From: Podarcis bocagei
Lineage: Eukaryota
DNA: 64,000 bases
Direction: 5' to 3' (one strand)
Assembly (NCBI GenBank): GCA_964188305.1
Contig: OZ076885.1
The translations under genes and the position numbers were made by a program. This document shows positions 51,099-64,000 of the stretch, piece after piece. The notes beneath the pieces were generated by a model that did no database searches, was not told the origin of the DNA, and saw nothing but the letters and a program-made list of their open reading frames with translations. Every line of letters begins with the position of its first letter. Within the stretch, counting starts at the first letter, position 1.

Positions 51099-52910
51099 GT
51101 AAGTGATTTTAGCTATTGCAATGTAGATCTTCGGACAGAGAGCTGAACTCTGGATCTGGGAGACCAGATAAGAGTTCCTTGCTGTGAATACATTTTGAGA
51201 ACTTTGGCGAGTTGCCCATTCTCAGCCTCAGTTCCTTTATCTGTAAAATAGGAATGGCAAGTAACTCAGCCAGCAAGATTGCCATAAAGTGAACATGCAG
51301 AGAGATTGTAAAGCACTCTGCAGATGAAGTACTTGGTAAATTATCAAAAGTAGCATGGAATCAATAAGTGGTTATTGAACACCATCTGCAAAGAGAGGTC
51401 CAGTAGGACTGAGAGGGAGAGGCCATTTGGGTTCCTGGGCAGTAATGTAACAGGCTGTTATATACCATGTGTGTAGTGTAGCTTTTGTGTGGTTGCCTGA
51501 ATGAGGACTGGGTCTGGTTTTGGGGTGTGGATTAAAGCTCCATGCCTAAACTGCAACAGAGGCCATTTCAAACTACTATTATTGTTGTTATTTAGAAACA
51601 CATACTTCTCTCTTTTAGGTAGTTTTAGTACCTACCCCAGCACCACTGGTGCTTTATCCTGTTTTCATGCAATAGAAGGGGAGTGGCTTTGACCCAGGAA
51701 GTTTTCCACTTTATGGTGTTGGTTTCTAATGGGGTGTGTGTGTGTGAAATACTGGGGTGGGGTCTTAGATAGCTTTCAAATAATTAATTAAAAATAAGTC
51801 TTTTTTAAATGGGACACGGTTGCTTTGTTGTATGTCAGCATGAAAATAAGGATATATCTTTCTGGGAAGACCCTAGATGTGATTGTCTTGACAGGAGCAG
51901 ATTTAAAACTGCCCAGCAGGGAGCAGCCAAATTGCATAAACCTCCATAGCTGAAGTGATCCTGTGTGTTCTTGGGTGCCTGTACTGCAAGGAAATTGCCT
52001 TGTGACAATATTAGTGACGATGACCATTTGTGGATCAAAGAGCAAGTCGGTCATAAGATGATACTGCAGAGCAACAATTAGTCATGCTTTATGACGACTT
52101 GACTGCAGTTTAGCACAAATCTGCTGTTTGGGCTTGTCTTCTGACGTGGCAGAAAGTCAAGGCTGCATGTTAGGAAGTGTGTTTGGCAGCTACTTTAGCA
52201 GGGGTGAGGAGGAGGATTTTGTGTAATGTTGAGAACTGCTCCTGGCTAGCCCATCGCTCACTTTGCATAATACAGAGGGTGATTTGGGATAATGGGGCCC
52301 AGTCCATTACATCAGCTGAGGCCAGTTACCATTTGGCTCCTCTTCTCCTTGAACTATTTCTGTTCCAGCTGGTCACTCTAAGAACTACCATGTAACTCTT
52401 AAGGAACTGATGCCCAGCTTTTCTTATTTTCCTCTTGCATCATGTATCTTAGTTTGTAAGCCTGTGGGCAGTGGCTCTTTTGTTCTTTAATCTCTGGACA
52501 GTGCTTTAATAAATTCTAAACAACTTCGTAAACGATTAGCAGAATCCCAACAGTGCACAAGGAGACCTCAGCTTGCACAACAGGACTTCACCTTCCTCTC
52601 CTCTCCTTGCAGCCCCTTCCCCCCTTCCCCATGCCAAAATCTTCTCTGGAGCTTATCCCAACCCTCCAGTGCTGATTTTGCAGCAGGGAGGAGAGGATGG
52701 TGAAGTCCTGTTTCATAAGCAGAAGTCTGTTCCACTCACTCATGGGCAGCGCTGGATACAACCCAATAGCTGATGATAATAATTCCCTTGTCCATGTGAG
52801 CGCCAACTCTGCTGCAGTCCAGATGGATCATGTGGATAAAAATTGCAGTGCATGCCCCTCAGTCTGTGTGTAACTTGGAGCAACTCTAATGACGCCTGCT
52901 TTTGTTCCAG

Positions 52911-52971
52911 GGACACTGCAGGTCAGGAGCGATACCAGACCATCACGAAGCAGTACTACAGGCGAGCCCAG
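52911..52971 (+). CDS. RAB15: RAB15 exon 3
   Basis: 61 nt; DTAGQERYQTITKQYYRRAQ (G3 motif). Confidence 0.97.
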
Positions 52972-54740
52972 GTAAAACTGTTTTCTCCTAGACTAGAAGT
53001 AGTACAAAAAGCATGGAGAGACCTGGGAAGGACTAGCTGGCTTTTGCAGGAATTGTCCCAGCATTGGTCTCGGTGCTATTTCTCTGACATCTTCATCTGT
53101 TGCCAGAGATGCAAGCATAGTGTAACCAAAATTCATGGAGGTGACCTGACAGAGGTGGACATTCTCTCCATCTTTTGATATTGAGTGGAATTAAACATTG
53201 TGCTAAGGAGATCATCCTGCTGAATTGAATCTCGCCTCCCTTTCACCCATGCACTATTCTAGGGGTTTTCCCTACCCTCCAAAGCAGAATTGGGGGGGGG
53301 CACAGGGAGAGGAGGGATAATATTGTTGCACCAGTGGATCTTGTTGCAGTAGCTTCTGCAAGTGCAACAACTTAGTTGAATCCAGACCATACGTTCTTAC
53401 TTGGAGACAAAGACACACACAACTTTGGGGCTAATGCTGACAAAGGTTAGCACTGGAACACCGAAAGAGTCCCAACATTAAACCTCAGCTAAATTGAAAG
53501 GCAGCAAGCCAGAAGTCCCGGGTTGGGGATGTCAGATGGCCTCGAGGGCTGAAAACAAGCTGCATGCTATAGGATTTTAGTGTTACTGCTGCTATCTTGG
53601 TGCATAAAATGCAGTGATGTTGGCCCATGAGAAAGCAATCCAAAAATCCACAGATTGCATGCAGCCTCCCCCACGCAGCTTCTGCCTGTAGGGTGGGCAG
53701 AGAGGGAGGAGGGAAGCAGACTGATAATGCTCCACAGGAAAGGCGCTGCCTCTCCAGTTAGCTGCAGCGATCGAAGATATCTCTCCCCTCCACGCCTTTC
53801 CCGTGGGGCAGAGGCTGCATGGGGGAGGCTGCGTGTGTGACCTGTTTTGTCTTTGCGCAGCTCCATTTGTGTGCGGGCGGTGCAACATTACACAGAAGGA
53901 GCGCAAGGCACGATGTTTCACTGATGTTAAAGGCACGGGGGGGGGGTATTACTTCAGTCACCGCGCTCCTCCTGTGTAACTTTGCGTCACCGGCACACAA
54001 ATGGAGCTGCGCGAAGACACTGCATGGCAAAAACGGACTGCCTACAGCCTCCCTCCCCGCTGTAGGGCGGGCAGAGTGGGAGGAGGCAAGCAGACTACAG
54101 AGGCCCCACGGCTTGCCACTACCAGGAACTGCAAGTGCTAGAGCAAGTTCCGTATTTATTTATATATTTGCTATATTCCATGGATAAGACAACCCATGTT
54201 TTTAGACCTAAAAAATTGGGTGAAAAACCTCGCCTTATAAATGGAAAAATACGGTAAATGTTGTGCCCCCTGACTGCTGCCTGTAGGTCACCTGTTGCCT
54301 GCCGTTTGATGCCCTGAGCCATAGTGGTGCTAGATCTCTGAGACATGAAGCCTAGTGTATAAGAAGCGTTTAGTAAAACTGCAGCCAAAGAAGCCTGCTG
54401 TATATCTGCAGGGAATGCAGACTGATTAGCCAGGTCCCCAGGAGGAAAGACTGACATATTCATTAAACAGTTGTCTGTTATCTAGTATGGTGGCAGCCTG
54501 CTCTGTAACAATCTTGTAGGAACAACTGTCAAAACACAAATGCTTTTGGTTTATCGGTAGTAGTTAAAGGCCACATCTGCCATGAAGGTTTCACAATGAG
54601 CTTGGCCTACATGCAGATGCATGCAGAATCTAACAGGACAGAAGAAAGAATAATCCCCAAATGTCTAGTTCCTCTTCTTCAACCCTCCAGCATAATTCCT
54701 GGGCAGAGGGTGCATAGGGAATGTCCTATTAAATTAACAG

Positions 54741-54742
<2 letters not shown>

Positions 54743-54792
<50 letters not shown>
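54743..54792. repeat. (AC)n microsatellite
   Basis: Direct reading. Confidence 0.95.
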
Positions 54793-54794
<2 letters not shown>

Positions 54795-54880
54795 TCCCTG
54801 TAAGTAGAAGTCATTTCACCTTTGGGTTTATGTTGCACGTTTTACTCCATTCTGTTTTCTTGACCTGGTTCTCTCCCCAG

Positions 54881-54958
54881 GGGATATTCTTGGTGTACGA
54901 CATCAGCAGTGAGCGCTCATACCAGCACATCATGAAATGGGCCAGTGATGTAGATGAG
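54881..54958 (+). CDS. RAB15: RAB15 exon 4
   Basis: 78 nt; GIFLVYDISSERSYQHIMKWASDVDE. Confidence 0.97.
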
Positions 54959-56222
54959 GTAAGTGAGGAGGTCTCCCTGCTTCTTCCCCCTATTGTTGGG
55001 GACTATTGGCCGCAGTGTGGGAGAAGTTGCCATGGCAAAATCGGATGAACTGCTCCTGCTCAAGGCCTGTGTGTGTATATACATGCACTCTCTTGTCTTG
55101 AGAAGCCTTGTTCAAACAGAGAAATAGCACGTTTGGCTTAGGTGCTTGGTTTATCTAGAGATTGTAGGATTAAAATAGCCTTGGGAATTCAACGGACAGT
55201 CCGGATGTCCTTGAAAAAGGCGTAACACTTTTGGGATGTCCTTATTTCCTGTAAAAGGACTTATACCTTGTGTAAGCTCCTCAGTATTTAGCAAGTGCTA
55301 ACTAGAAGATTATGCAGGGACTAGAAGAACATCTAATAAACCTTAACCGTGTTTTAAATCTGAGCTGTATTATGCCATCTCTGCTGTGACAAAAGACTGT
55401 TCTTTCTTTTTTAATAATAACTATTATGTTGTTTTGCATGTAAAGCATCCAGTGAATATTTATTGATAGGTGGATATGTATATAAATGCAATAATAAATA
55501 AAATACACTGCTGTTGAATAACTGGTGGAGGCATCTTGGATACTGCCAGGGTGCTAACTTTGTGTCCTTGTGCACATACATTCTGCCTTTACATTGTTAG
55601 GGAATTTTTATAAATTAGCCTTTGCCAGGTTGGTGCCCTCCAAATGTGTTGAGACTACAACTCCCATTAGCCTCAGCCAGTTCTGGGGTTGATGAGAGTT
55701 GTGGTCCAGAACACCTGGAGGCACTGGGCTGGTGAAGGTGGTGCCCATTTTTACATGGTGACTCTTAACACTCTGCCACAACTGGCACTGAAGTAATCTG
55801 CTGCTTTTGCAGTGAACTTAACGGGGAGATGAACAGGTCTGGGCTGAAGGAGATGCTGTTGGGCATGTGCGATCAACTCTGTTGGCCCCTGGGTTTGGGG
55901 GGATTTTATAGCTGCCCTGTTTATTTGATTGGCTTGGTCTGTGGAAGCCTTGTTTTCTGTAAGACCATCCTGCGATTCTTTTAATTGCTTTGTTAAGATC
56001 AGAAATGTGTTGGGCGCTGCCATTTTCCAGATGTTTGTGTTGCAGTGGTGGAAGAAGCCATTTGCTATGAAAATTCTCTGCCCTGTGCAACAGTTAAAAG
56101 GCAACAGGAATGGTGCATTTGACAATCCCAAGTCTCAACAGTGCGGTACAGCTCAGCTTTTAACTATGCTGCTTCTAATCTGTGCTGGTTGGGAAGGGCT
56201 AAAGTCTCTCCCTTCTCTCCAG

Positions 56223-56312
56223 TATGCCCCAGATGGCGTCCAGAAGATCCTCATTGGGAATAAAGCAGACGAGGAGGAGAAGAGGCAAGTAGGCAAAGAG
56301 CAAGGCCTCCAG
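56223..56312 (+). CDS. RAB15: RAB15 exon 5
   Basis: 90 nt; YAPDGVQKILIGNKADEEEKRQVGKEQGLQ (NKxD motif). Confidence 0.97.
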
Positions 56313-56399
56313 GTAAACTTCTTGGGTAGCTGCTAGTTGTTCTCCTTTGAGACCTAAGCCTCACTCATAGCAGATGATATAGTAAAACTGACAGTGCCA

Positions 56400-56525
56400 G
56401 GTGGGTCAGACCATCTACACTGCATAGGGTCTCAGACAGGGCTCCCTCATAGCCCTACCTGAAGATGCCAGGGATTGAACCTCAAACCTTCTATATGCAA
56501 AGCAGATGCTCTGCTACTGAGCTGT
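56400..56525 (-). mobile_element. Decayed tRNA-derived SINE (related copies near 48060-48250, 32650-32825 and 28960-29090)
   Basis: Reverse strand reads AGCTCAGTAGCAGAGCATCTGCTTTGCAT...GGTTCAATCCCTGGCATC (A/B boxes). Confidence 0.6.
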
Positions 56526-57588
56526 TTCTGTTCACTCAGGCCTTGTAAATAACGATGTGGTCTGGGCCTCTCTGTTTTTTAATCTTTTAACTTTGGCGGT
56601 GCAGTGAGTTCTGCTTTCGTTGTATTTATGTTTGTGCTTTTTATTTAAATGGTTTTATGTTTTAAATGGTTTTTGTAATTATTAACTGTGAGATGCCCAG
56701 AGAACCTTGTTATGGTATGGCATACAAGTGTCCACTTGCCAGGCAGGCTGTAATGCTAACCAAGGGCCTGGTCAATGGCAGTCTCCACAGCAGCTGTACT
56801 AACCACAGGCATTTTTATATGGCTGTAGTGGCAGCCCCCTTATCCTCCATTTTCAGTGCCTTCTGGGAAACTTATTGGGCTCTGGGGAGGGCATTATTCA
56901 GAAACCTATGTTTGATTGAAGCCAACTTGTTCCACACTGTACCACTTCAAACGGCAAAGGGGGCCTCATATGTTTGGATCTTGCCCCATACACCTCCCCA
57001 ACCAAATTCCTCTATATAAGACAATGGCATTGTCAGGAACCCTTCTTGCTATGGGGTAGGTTCTGTTGTTGTTCAGAAGCACATGCAGTTGTGTGAGCCC
57101 CCCACAAAGGCTGATATAGTCAGGAACAGGTCAATTGCCTCATCCGCTGTGGGTGTGAACTAGGGTAGAGTCTGATCTAGAAAACTAGATGGTATAAGCA
57201 GTTAAATTTTGTCAACGTCCAGGAACTTGTGGAAATGGGTTCTGGAAGCTGGTTTCCTTCTGGCATAGAAAAGCTCTGTTTTACAGTGTTCCCAGGTAAC
57301 TGTTTATATTAGAGATGGCACTGGGGTCTGGAGCTGGACTTCATTCTACTAGTTTTTCCAGCCCTGGTTAATCAGAGAGACACGCTATGCTTGTAACAGT
57401 GCTCTTTTTCCGCATTCAGAAACGTCAAATGTTACCTAGCCTGTTTTTTTAAAAACAATACAAGTTATCTTTTCAGTCTTGGAGGTGGTGATGTAAGAAT
57501 GTTCTAGTTTCTTCAGATCTATCTGTACAATCTATTGACAGTCACTATTATACCTGTATGTAAAGCTGTCGGAACTTCTGTCTTCCAG

Positions 57589-57654
57589 CTGGCCAAGGAG
57601 TATGGCATGGATTTCTATGAAACAAGTGCCTGCACCAACGTAAACATCAAAGAG
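57589..57654 (+). CDS. RAB15: RAB15 exon 6
   Basis: 66 nt; LAKEYGMDFYETSACTNVNIKE (ETSA motif). Confidence 0.97.
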
Positions 57655-58412
57655 GTAAGAACTCTGCATATGGAACTTCCAGGTGTCTGGTGCTTTGCAG
57701 CCAGTGTATCACCTTTGCAGAGCAAGTGTAGATACAGAACAAAAGAGAGTTCATGGTGGAAAATCCTTGGGCTCACCTGTAGTTTTTGACCATAGCAGCC
57801 AGTAGGCACCTCACCTTTGGGAGGGAAAGCAAAGTTGCACTATATATTGTTGCAAAATGTAACATATATATTTTATTTAATCTCAGAAGTACTTACACTT
57901 ACATATGGTGGTATATCTGGATTCACACACCCCCACCTACTGTAGCCTTTCGTGCCATATCCCATACCTGTTCTGGATGGTCTCTAAACCCTCAGGAGTG
58001 GGCTACAGTGGGCAGCAGAATTGGCAAAAATGGGGTCCATTGAATACGCCCCTATGTGTGATAATGTTAGCAGTTAGTGTCAAAACTCATACATAGATGG
58101 AGCAGGGCCCACTGTTGATCTCAGTGGGACATATTTAAGCATGCACATAACTCTCCTGCTTAAAACTGGATTGTAAGTTGACTCTTGCATGTAGCAAATA
58201 AAAATTGCCACCAAGTGGGAAGCCAAACTGAAAGTTTGAGAAGTAGTCTTAAAAAAAAATAATCTACCTCAAATGTCTAAAACATTTAGACATGTGCACC
58301 CAAGCACACTGGTAAATACATTGTGGGCTAGTAACTTGTGTAGACTTGTTTGCTGATCTAAAGCTATGTACTAAACCTCACTTTTTTAAAAAACAACCCT
58401 CATCTCTTTCAG

Positions 58413-58571
58413 TCTTTTACTCGTCTGACAGAGCTGGTCCTGCAGGCCCACAAGAAAGAACTGGACGGGCTCCGCACGTATGCGGCTGATGAACTGAACC
58501 TGGTTGAGCTGGAGGAGGAGGCAAGCAAGCCAGAGGGCACAGAGCACTCCCCCAAGACCTGCTGGTGCTGA
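58413..58571 (+). CDS. RAB15: RAB15 exon 7 (last coding exon)
   Basis: 159 nt; SFTRLTELVLQAHKKELDGLRTYAADELNLVELEEEASKPEGTEHSPKTCWC*; CXC prenylation motif; total 639 nt = 212 aa. Confidence 0.96.
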   Translation, partial: SFTRLTELVLQAHKKELDGLRTYAADELNLVELEEEASKPEGTEHSPKTCWC

Positions 58572-61500
58572 AAGCCTCCCAGTGCTCTTCCTTTTCTTCT
58601 GTCCCCCAGTGCAGGCAGAGAGGCTGCCACCTAGAGAGGGCTCCATCTCTTTGGTCTCTGGTTGCCTGCCTGCCTGCCTGCCCACTCTCTGCCCTGCTGG
58701 ATCCTCTTTGGATTTCCTGGTGTTTCTCCTTGATTGGTGATTTCTGTTGTTCCCCCAAACTCCCTGGATCCAAATCTCTCTTCGGGGGGGCTCACAATAT
58801 GCAGAACATCACCCCGCCACCTTTGCGGAAGAGCTGTGGTTGGCGATCGCAGCAGCCGAGGCCCATTCAGCAGCCTCTCAACCTCCAGGTGCTCTGCAGC
58901 CTTGCCCTTTTCCAGGGGGCAGCTGAGCCAGTTGGGTTCTGTGCCTGGGTGCAACTAGGCCTGTCCTCTGAGAACAGGGTGCTCAAGGAGGGAGGAATGT
59001 CCCGCTTCATTCACTCTCCTCCAGACAGACCGTTTGCTTGCACACCCTCAATAGCAGGCCTGCTGAAGGCTTGTCCGTTTGTATCCGCCCCCCGCCCCCC
59101 ATACATTGCCTTGCCATTTCAGCATCTGCCCTAATGCCTGCACAGCTTTGTGCAGGGTTGGGGCTTTGCGGGTGTATTGGATACAGTGTCTTGTACATAC
59201 CTGGCTGCCTGGAGGTTGTTGTTAAAAAAGACCTCTCACCACGGCACCTCGCCAAATTGGGGCTTGTTCCAAAGTGCACAGTGGCATCTCTTGCCCTGCT
59301 AAGTGTAAGCTGCTGGGAGCAGCAAAAGTATAGCCCTGCTGGGAAAGGGGTAGGATGATGGAAATTTGGGGCTTTAAATTCAGACTCGCCTTACCAGTTG
59401 CAAAGAATGTTTGCTTCTTCCCAGGCCAAACTAGGCTCCCATTTTGTAACTCCTTGGAGCCTTGTCTTGCACACCAAGCAAAATCCTTGCCTACTATTAT
59501 TTACTCGAAGATTTTTGTATGGCATCTTTGCTTGGCTCCCCTTGGGTATCCCTGGTGGTGCAGGTACATCAGGCAGCTGCTTAGTCTATATCCCTGCACC
59601 AATGGAGGCAGAGAGCCCACCCTATCTGTGTGTCACCTGTGTGGCTTTGAGAGCCCCTTGGAATGACTTTCCCAACTATTCACCAAAGCGCTGATATGGA
59701 AACACACTGTAATCTGTGCATAGAGCCTTCCCTCATTTGTTTCTTCCCACTCTTGAGGTCCAACCTGTAAGAAGTTGCTCAAGACCCTTTCGTGGGCTCT
59801 TTTTAGAAGTTCTTCCACAGAAGGAATTTCCTTGGCAACTCAGCCTGGTAGATTCCAGGGTATCCAATTTATTTGGTTCTTTTGCCATGTGCTGCTTAAC
59901 ATGGCTTGATCCAAGGAAACTGAAACCAGCCTGCCTGCCTGCATGTTGTACCAGCATCCCCCTCTCGCCTTGACATGCTTGGCGGGGGAGGCCTAAAGAC
60001 ACTTGGCAGTATGGCATGGTAATTCTAATCTATATGCGCCTGCCTGCTCCAGAGTAGCTGCTCCCTGCGTGCCAACACCTTGGGGAGGCTAAGACTCCTT
60101 TCCCTTCCTACGTACATGCCAGCAATGGGCTACATTTGCGGATCTAGAAAGGATGGGTGTCAACCAGAGGCTTTCTGGGTGGGATGGCGGTGCATAAGTC
60201 CTCCTGCTGCCTAGAGAGGCTGCCTTTGATTGAGGGGGTGGGGCTTAGGCACGATCCATTTGAGCAATAGAAAATGGTTCTTATATCCATGTGATGATCT
60301 GCCCTTCCCTAGCCAGGTCATACCAGAGAGCAGACTGATCTACATTTCCCTGCTCATTTTTCCTCTTCCTCCTCCAGTTGGTTGGTGACTTTCTCTCTCA
60401 GAGCAGATGAAAAATATTTTTACCCAGTGAAGGAGAGGAAGGATAGTAGCAGGAATAAAGTTGGGTGCACTGTGATTCTTGTCCTGAAATCAAGGGTGCC
60501 TTGAATTTCCAAAAAAGGCTCCACTCTCAAAACCACCAGTTTTACCTCTTTCTTTGTGCTGGGTGGGTTTGAACAGGTATCAAGCCACTGGAAATGTAAG
60601 GGGGAAACATTGAAGTTCTACACACAGTGCCTGTTGTTGGCAGGAGCAGCTCTCCTGTAGCCACAGTCCCCTGGGAAGACCCCAGTCCCAGGGTCTTGGA
60701 AGAAAGAGGCACAAAACGGCTTGACCACAAGGGACCGCTTCCTGCAAGACCTAGTGTGAAGCTGGAGATATTGTAGACACTAATTAGAGACACACATAGC
60801 TGGTAGCCTGTTTAGTTTTTGAACTACAACTCCCACCATGCCTGACCATAAGGCCGTGCTGGTTGTGATAGTATGAGGGGAGCTGGAATCAAACAACACC
60901 TGGAGCACCAAAGCTTCCTCCCGGCCATGATGTAGTAGGACCCAAATTCTGTAAGAACAGGTGAAAATGCAAAGAAACGAGGACTTGTGCAGGTGGGGAA
61001 CTAGGCATCTTTGCCCTGAGAGGAGGCATGTAGAGACTGAGGGAAATGGATGGGCCACAGCAAAGGAAGAGCTTTTTTTGCCTCTTTTGCAAGCCCAAAC
61101 TCGGTTGATCTGATTGGTTGAGGCCTTGCTGGCTTTGGTCTGCCTAGCTTGTTAGGAGGTTGGAATGAAGACTGAGGGCCAATCCTTGCACAGAGAGTCT
61201 ACGTGGCCTGTGTTGTCTTCTCACCCCCAGCCCCTGCTCCTATTTTCTGACTGGATTGCACTGCACCCAAGGTGAATGGGCATGCTGTGAGTGCAGAAAG
61301 CAGATTTGCACGACCACTTAAACCTACAGCGTGGAAGGCCTGTGGCAGCATGCAGAACTGCCAAGCTAAGGTATAAGTGTGATGAGAAACGTGGAATAAC
61401 TCACTTGGCCTGTTCTCAGTGCAACTGGGAAACAAAAAACAACAGTGGCTAGCTAGCTGCCTGCAGAGAGAGTGGTTGGCTCAGCTGGTTCCTGGCTGTC

Positions 61501-62379
61501 TCTTGCACCCAGTTCTTTAAAGCTCTGTTGCTAGAGCTGCCCTCAAGGGGGTCTGTCTGAAAGGATCGAAGAGAGGGATGTCATTCTGTCCCTGAAATGA
61601 GCACAGGAGGCTTCCCAGTATCTCTGGCTCTGCAAGCTAGGAGAGCCCAAAGATGTCCCCACTGTAGCTCTTCCTTGCCTGCTGCAATTCAGCATCACAT
61701 TGGCGCCGCTTGCTCCACCTAGGATCTAAGACCATATCCCACCAATATAATAGAAGCTGGGCTGCTGATGCTGTTAACTATAACGCACAAACTACTAGAC
61801 TCCAATGTAATCTTCACAACACACAAGACCAGAAAGGGGAACAGGTGAGGAGCTCTTTGCCTTGCTTATGGCGTGAACTGGAGTCCTTATTGTGTAGAGT
61901 CATCAATGGCCTCTTAACTGGGTTGAACTCACAAACAAGTGGTTGACGAAGCCTCTGGCTCTCAACACTGAGCAAAACGAGCCACACTAACAGTGTGCAT
62001 TCTGGGTCATTAAGACAACTCTTTCAGTGTGAGAAAAGCTCCCTAATCAATGCTGATTTTTCTCTGTGCAGATTGGAGTGGTGCTCTCAGGAGGCCACAA
62101 AGTGCTTCTTGGTTTCAGGCCAGTGTTTGGGGAAGGGAGGATGAGTCTGGGAATCTAGCACTCCAGTATTCTGAGGCTGCCTCCGTCCTGTTGAGTCACG
62201 GATCATTCTGTCTGTAGCGGAAACCGTTGCATATAAACTTGTCATGGGATCCAGTCAAACTTAGAACTTTCTGAATCCTCTGCTGTGTCTGTAATTTGTG
62301 GACTTTGCACTTTGACTGGGTTTCCTTGTATGGCCTGTCATTGTAACTCATGATTTTAAACAAGAAAGATCTTTACAAA

Positions 62380-62385
62380 AATAAA
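62380..62385 (+). terminator. RAB15: Probable RAB15 polyadenylation signal (proximal alternative 60454-60459)
   Basis: AATAAA followed by GT-rich tract (gtggttggtgg). Confidence 0.55.
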
Positions 62386-62962
62386 GATTCTCAAAGTGGT
62401 TGGTGGCTGCTCTAGTTCCTTGCTGGGTGGCTAACCCAGTCCTCTGCAACGAAGAAGCTGTGTTGCTGCTAAGAATCTCACTTGAAGTGAAATCCAGGAG
62501 GTCAAACAGCAAATGCTTCCCTATGTAGAGAACACATTCAGAATGGAGCTATGTTTAATTCATGCTGCAAACGGGCTCAGTTGCACAAGAAAGGAGCCAA
62601 AGAAGCAAACCAGGGGTAGAACGGATGTAGCTTGGCGCATGCATCAGTGCAACCAGCTTTTGTCCAGGAAAATTGCAACAAGCAAGGATTAGTTCTGCCC
62701 ACATGGGACCACCTGGAATTGGCAGAGTCCTGGAGTGAACATTATATGTATTTGCAGCTATTTTTGTATTGTAGCAAGGAATATAAAATCCCTCCTTCAA
62801 AAGGAGACTGCAAGAGCTCAAACTGCCTGCTACTCGCTGCATCAATTTACTTGGGTGGGGAATCTGTAGTCTGCCAGATGTTTCTGAACACCTTTTGGGC
62901 CCTAGTCTGCATAGTCAGTCTCAGGGGTGATAGAAGTTGTGGGTCAACAGGAGGACCACAGC

Positions 62963-63337
62963 CATAGGCGCCGACTCCATGGGGCTTGAGGGGGCTCGAG
63001 CCCCCTCAAAAAATTTTTTGGGGGGGCTCAGCCCCCCCAATAATCTCGGGCGGGCGCCCTTCCAGCAGAGCGCCGCCGCCGTCCCCCGCCTCCTCCCCAC
63101 TGCTCCTTCGCCAGCCAGCCAGCCGCGCGCCCTAATCGGAGAGCCCCGGCCGGAAATCCCGCGAGAACAGGGGAATCCCGACTGGCCACACCTCCCAGCC
63201 AGCCAATCGGCTGGCTGGGGGGGCGTGGCTTGCCCTATTTAGGGCCGGAGCCACTTTATTTGCATATTCATGAGCTTATTTATTATTCATGAGCTTTCCC
63301 GGGCCCCCCCAATATTTTTTCTAAGTCCGCGTCCCTG
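62963..63337 (-). mobile_element. hAT-type MITE (copy B, same family, inverted, internally shorter)
   Basis: Perfect 8-bp TSD ACCACAGC; near-identical reverse complement of 33337-33804 at both ends. Confidence 0.9.
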
Positions 63338-64000
63338 ACCACAGCTTAGATGTTTTCGAACAGATGCCGCAGGATAGTGGCATATTGTTAAACCCTCTAT
63401 CTTTAAATCCTGCAACACTACAAATTTAGAGGAAGGAAGAGCAAACAAGTCGTCATCCAGAGTTTCCTCCACACCCCATATTCTCTTAATAGAGTGAAAT
63501 CATGTAGGTTTTCCTACAGTAGCTACATCTACTGTTGGACAGTGGATGTTCAGAACATCATGTTCTACCTCCTCTGGTGGAGGCAATGTGCCTCTGAATG
63601 CCAGCTGCAGGGAATCACGAGTGGGAAGAGTCCCATCACACTCAGGACCTGTGTATGAGCTTCCTATAGGCATCTGGTTGGCTAGTGTGAGAACAGGACG
63701 GGCCTTTGGCCTCACCCAGCAAGGCTATGTTTTCACTAGGTGTACACAAGAATGTTGAGCTCGCCCTAAGCCTGTATTGCTGTCTGCCCTATTTGATGCA
63801 CTCAATTCAGGAAGGGGAGGTGTGAATCTGCTTTCGTAGTCTGTAGTATAGACAGATTTCACATGGTTGATGTAGCTGTTTGGAGTCAGACAAAACAGCT
63901 CTTTGTGCTTTTCATGTTCTTAGACTGCTTTGCTGAGGCACTGAGGTAACTTGCATTAAGATAAGTCCTCCATCCTATATTCTTTTTTATTATTGTTCTG

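Noticed and set aside
62400-64000. GPX2 expected downstream of RAB15 by mammalian synteny
   Set aside because: No GPX coding sequence or SECIS recognisable within the window

Overview
This is vertebrate genomic DNA, most likely a lizard. Lacertid origin is inferred from a Sauria SINE and the repeat profile. It holds the conserved MAX-FNTB-RAB15 block. (1) The 3' part of MAX lies on + (three coding exons 1902-9365, polyA signal 10428); the first two exons are upstream of the window. (2) A complete 12-exon FNTB (farnesyltransferase beta, 423 aa) lies on - (CDS 35589 to 14730), tail-to-tail with MAX. (3) A complete 7-exon RAB15 (212 aa, C-terminal CWC) lies on + (CDS 43022-58571), head-to-head with FNTB across about 7 kb with two separate CpG islands. 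Every exon was read directly, with AG/GT boundaries and a continuous frame. Introns and intergenic DNA are dense in non-autonomous DNA transposons (TA-flanked CAGTGG-ended Tc1/mariner-type; 8-bp-TSD hAT-type), a 5'-truncated L1, decayed L2, Sauria SINEs and microsatellites. I found no evidence of a new protein-coding system. The most interesting items are non-coding: a near-perfect 48-bp-arm hairpin in FNTB intron 1; a hAT MITE family carrying an Ig-type heptamer-octamer/GC/CCAAT promoter module; a 60-bp hairpin repeat shared between two transposon superfamilies; nested insertions; and a decayed copy of MAX exon sequence in a MAX intron.
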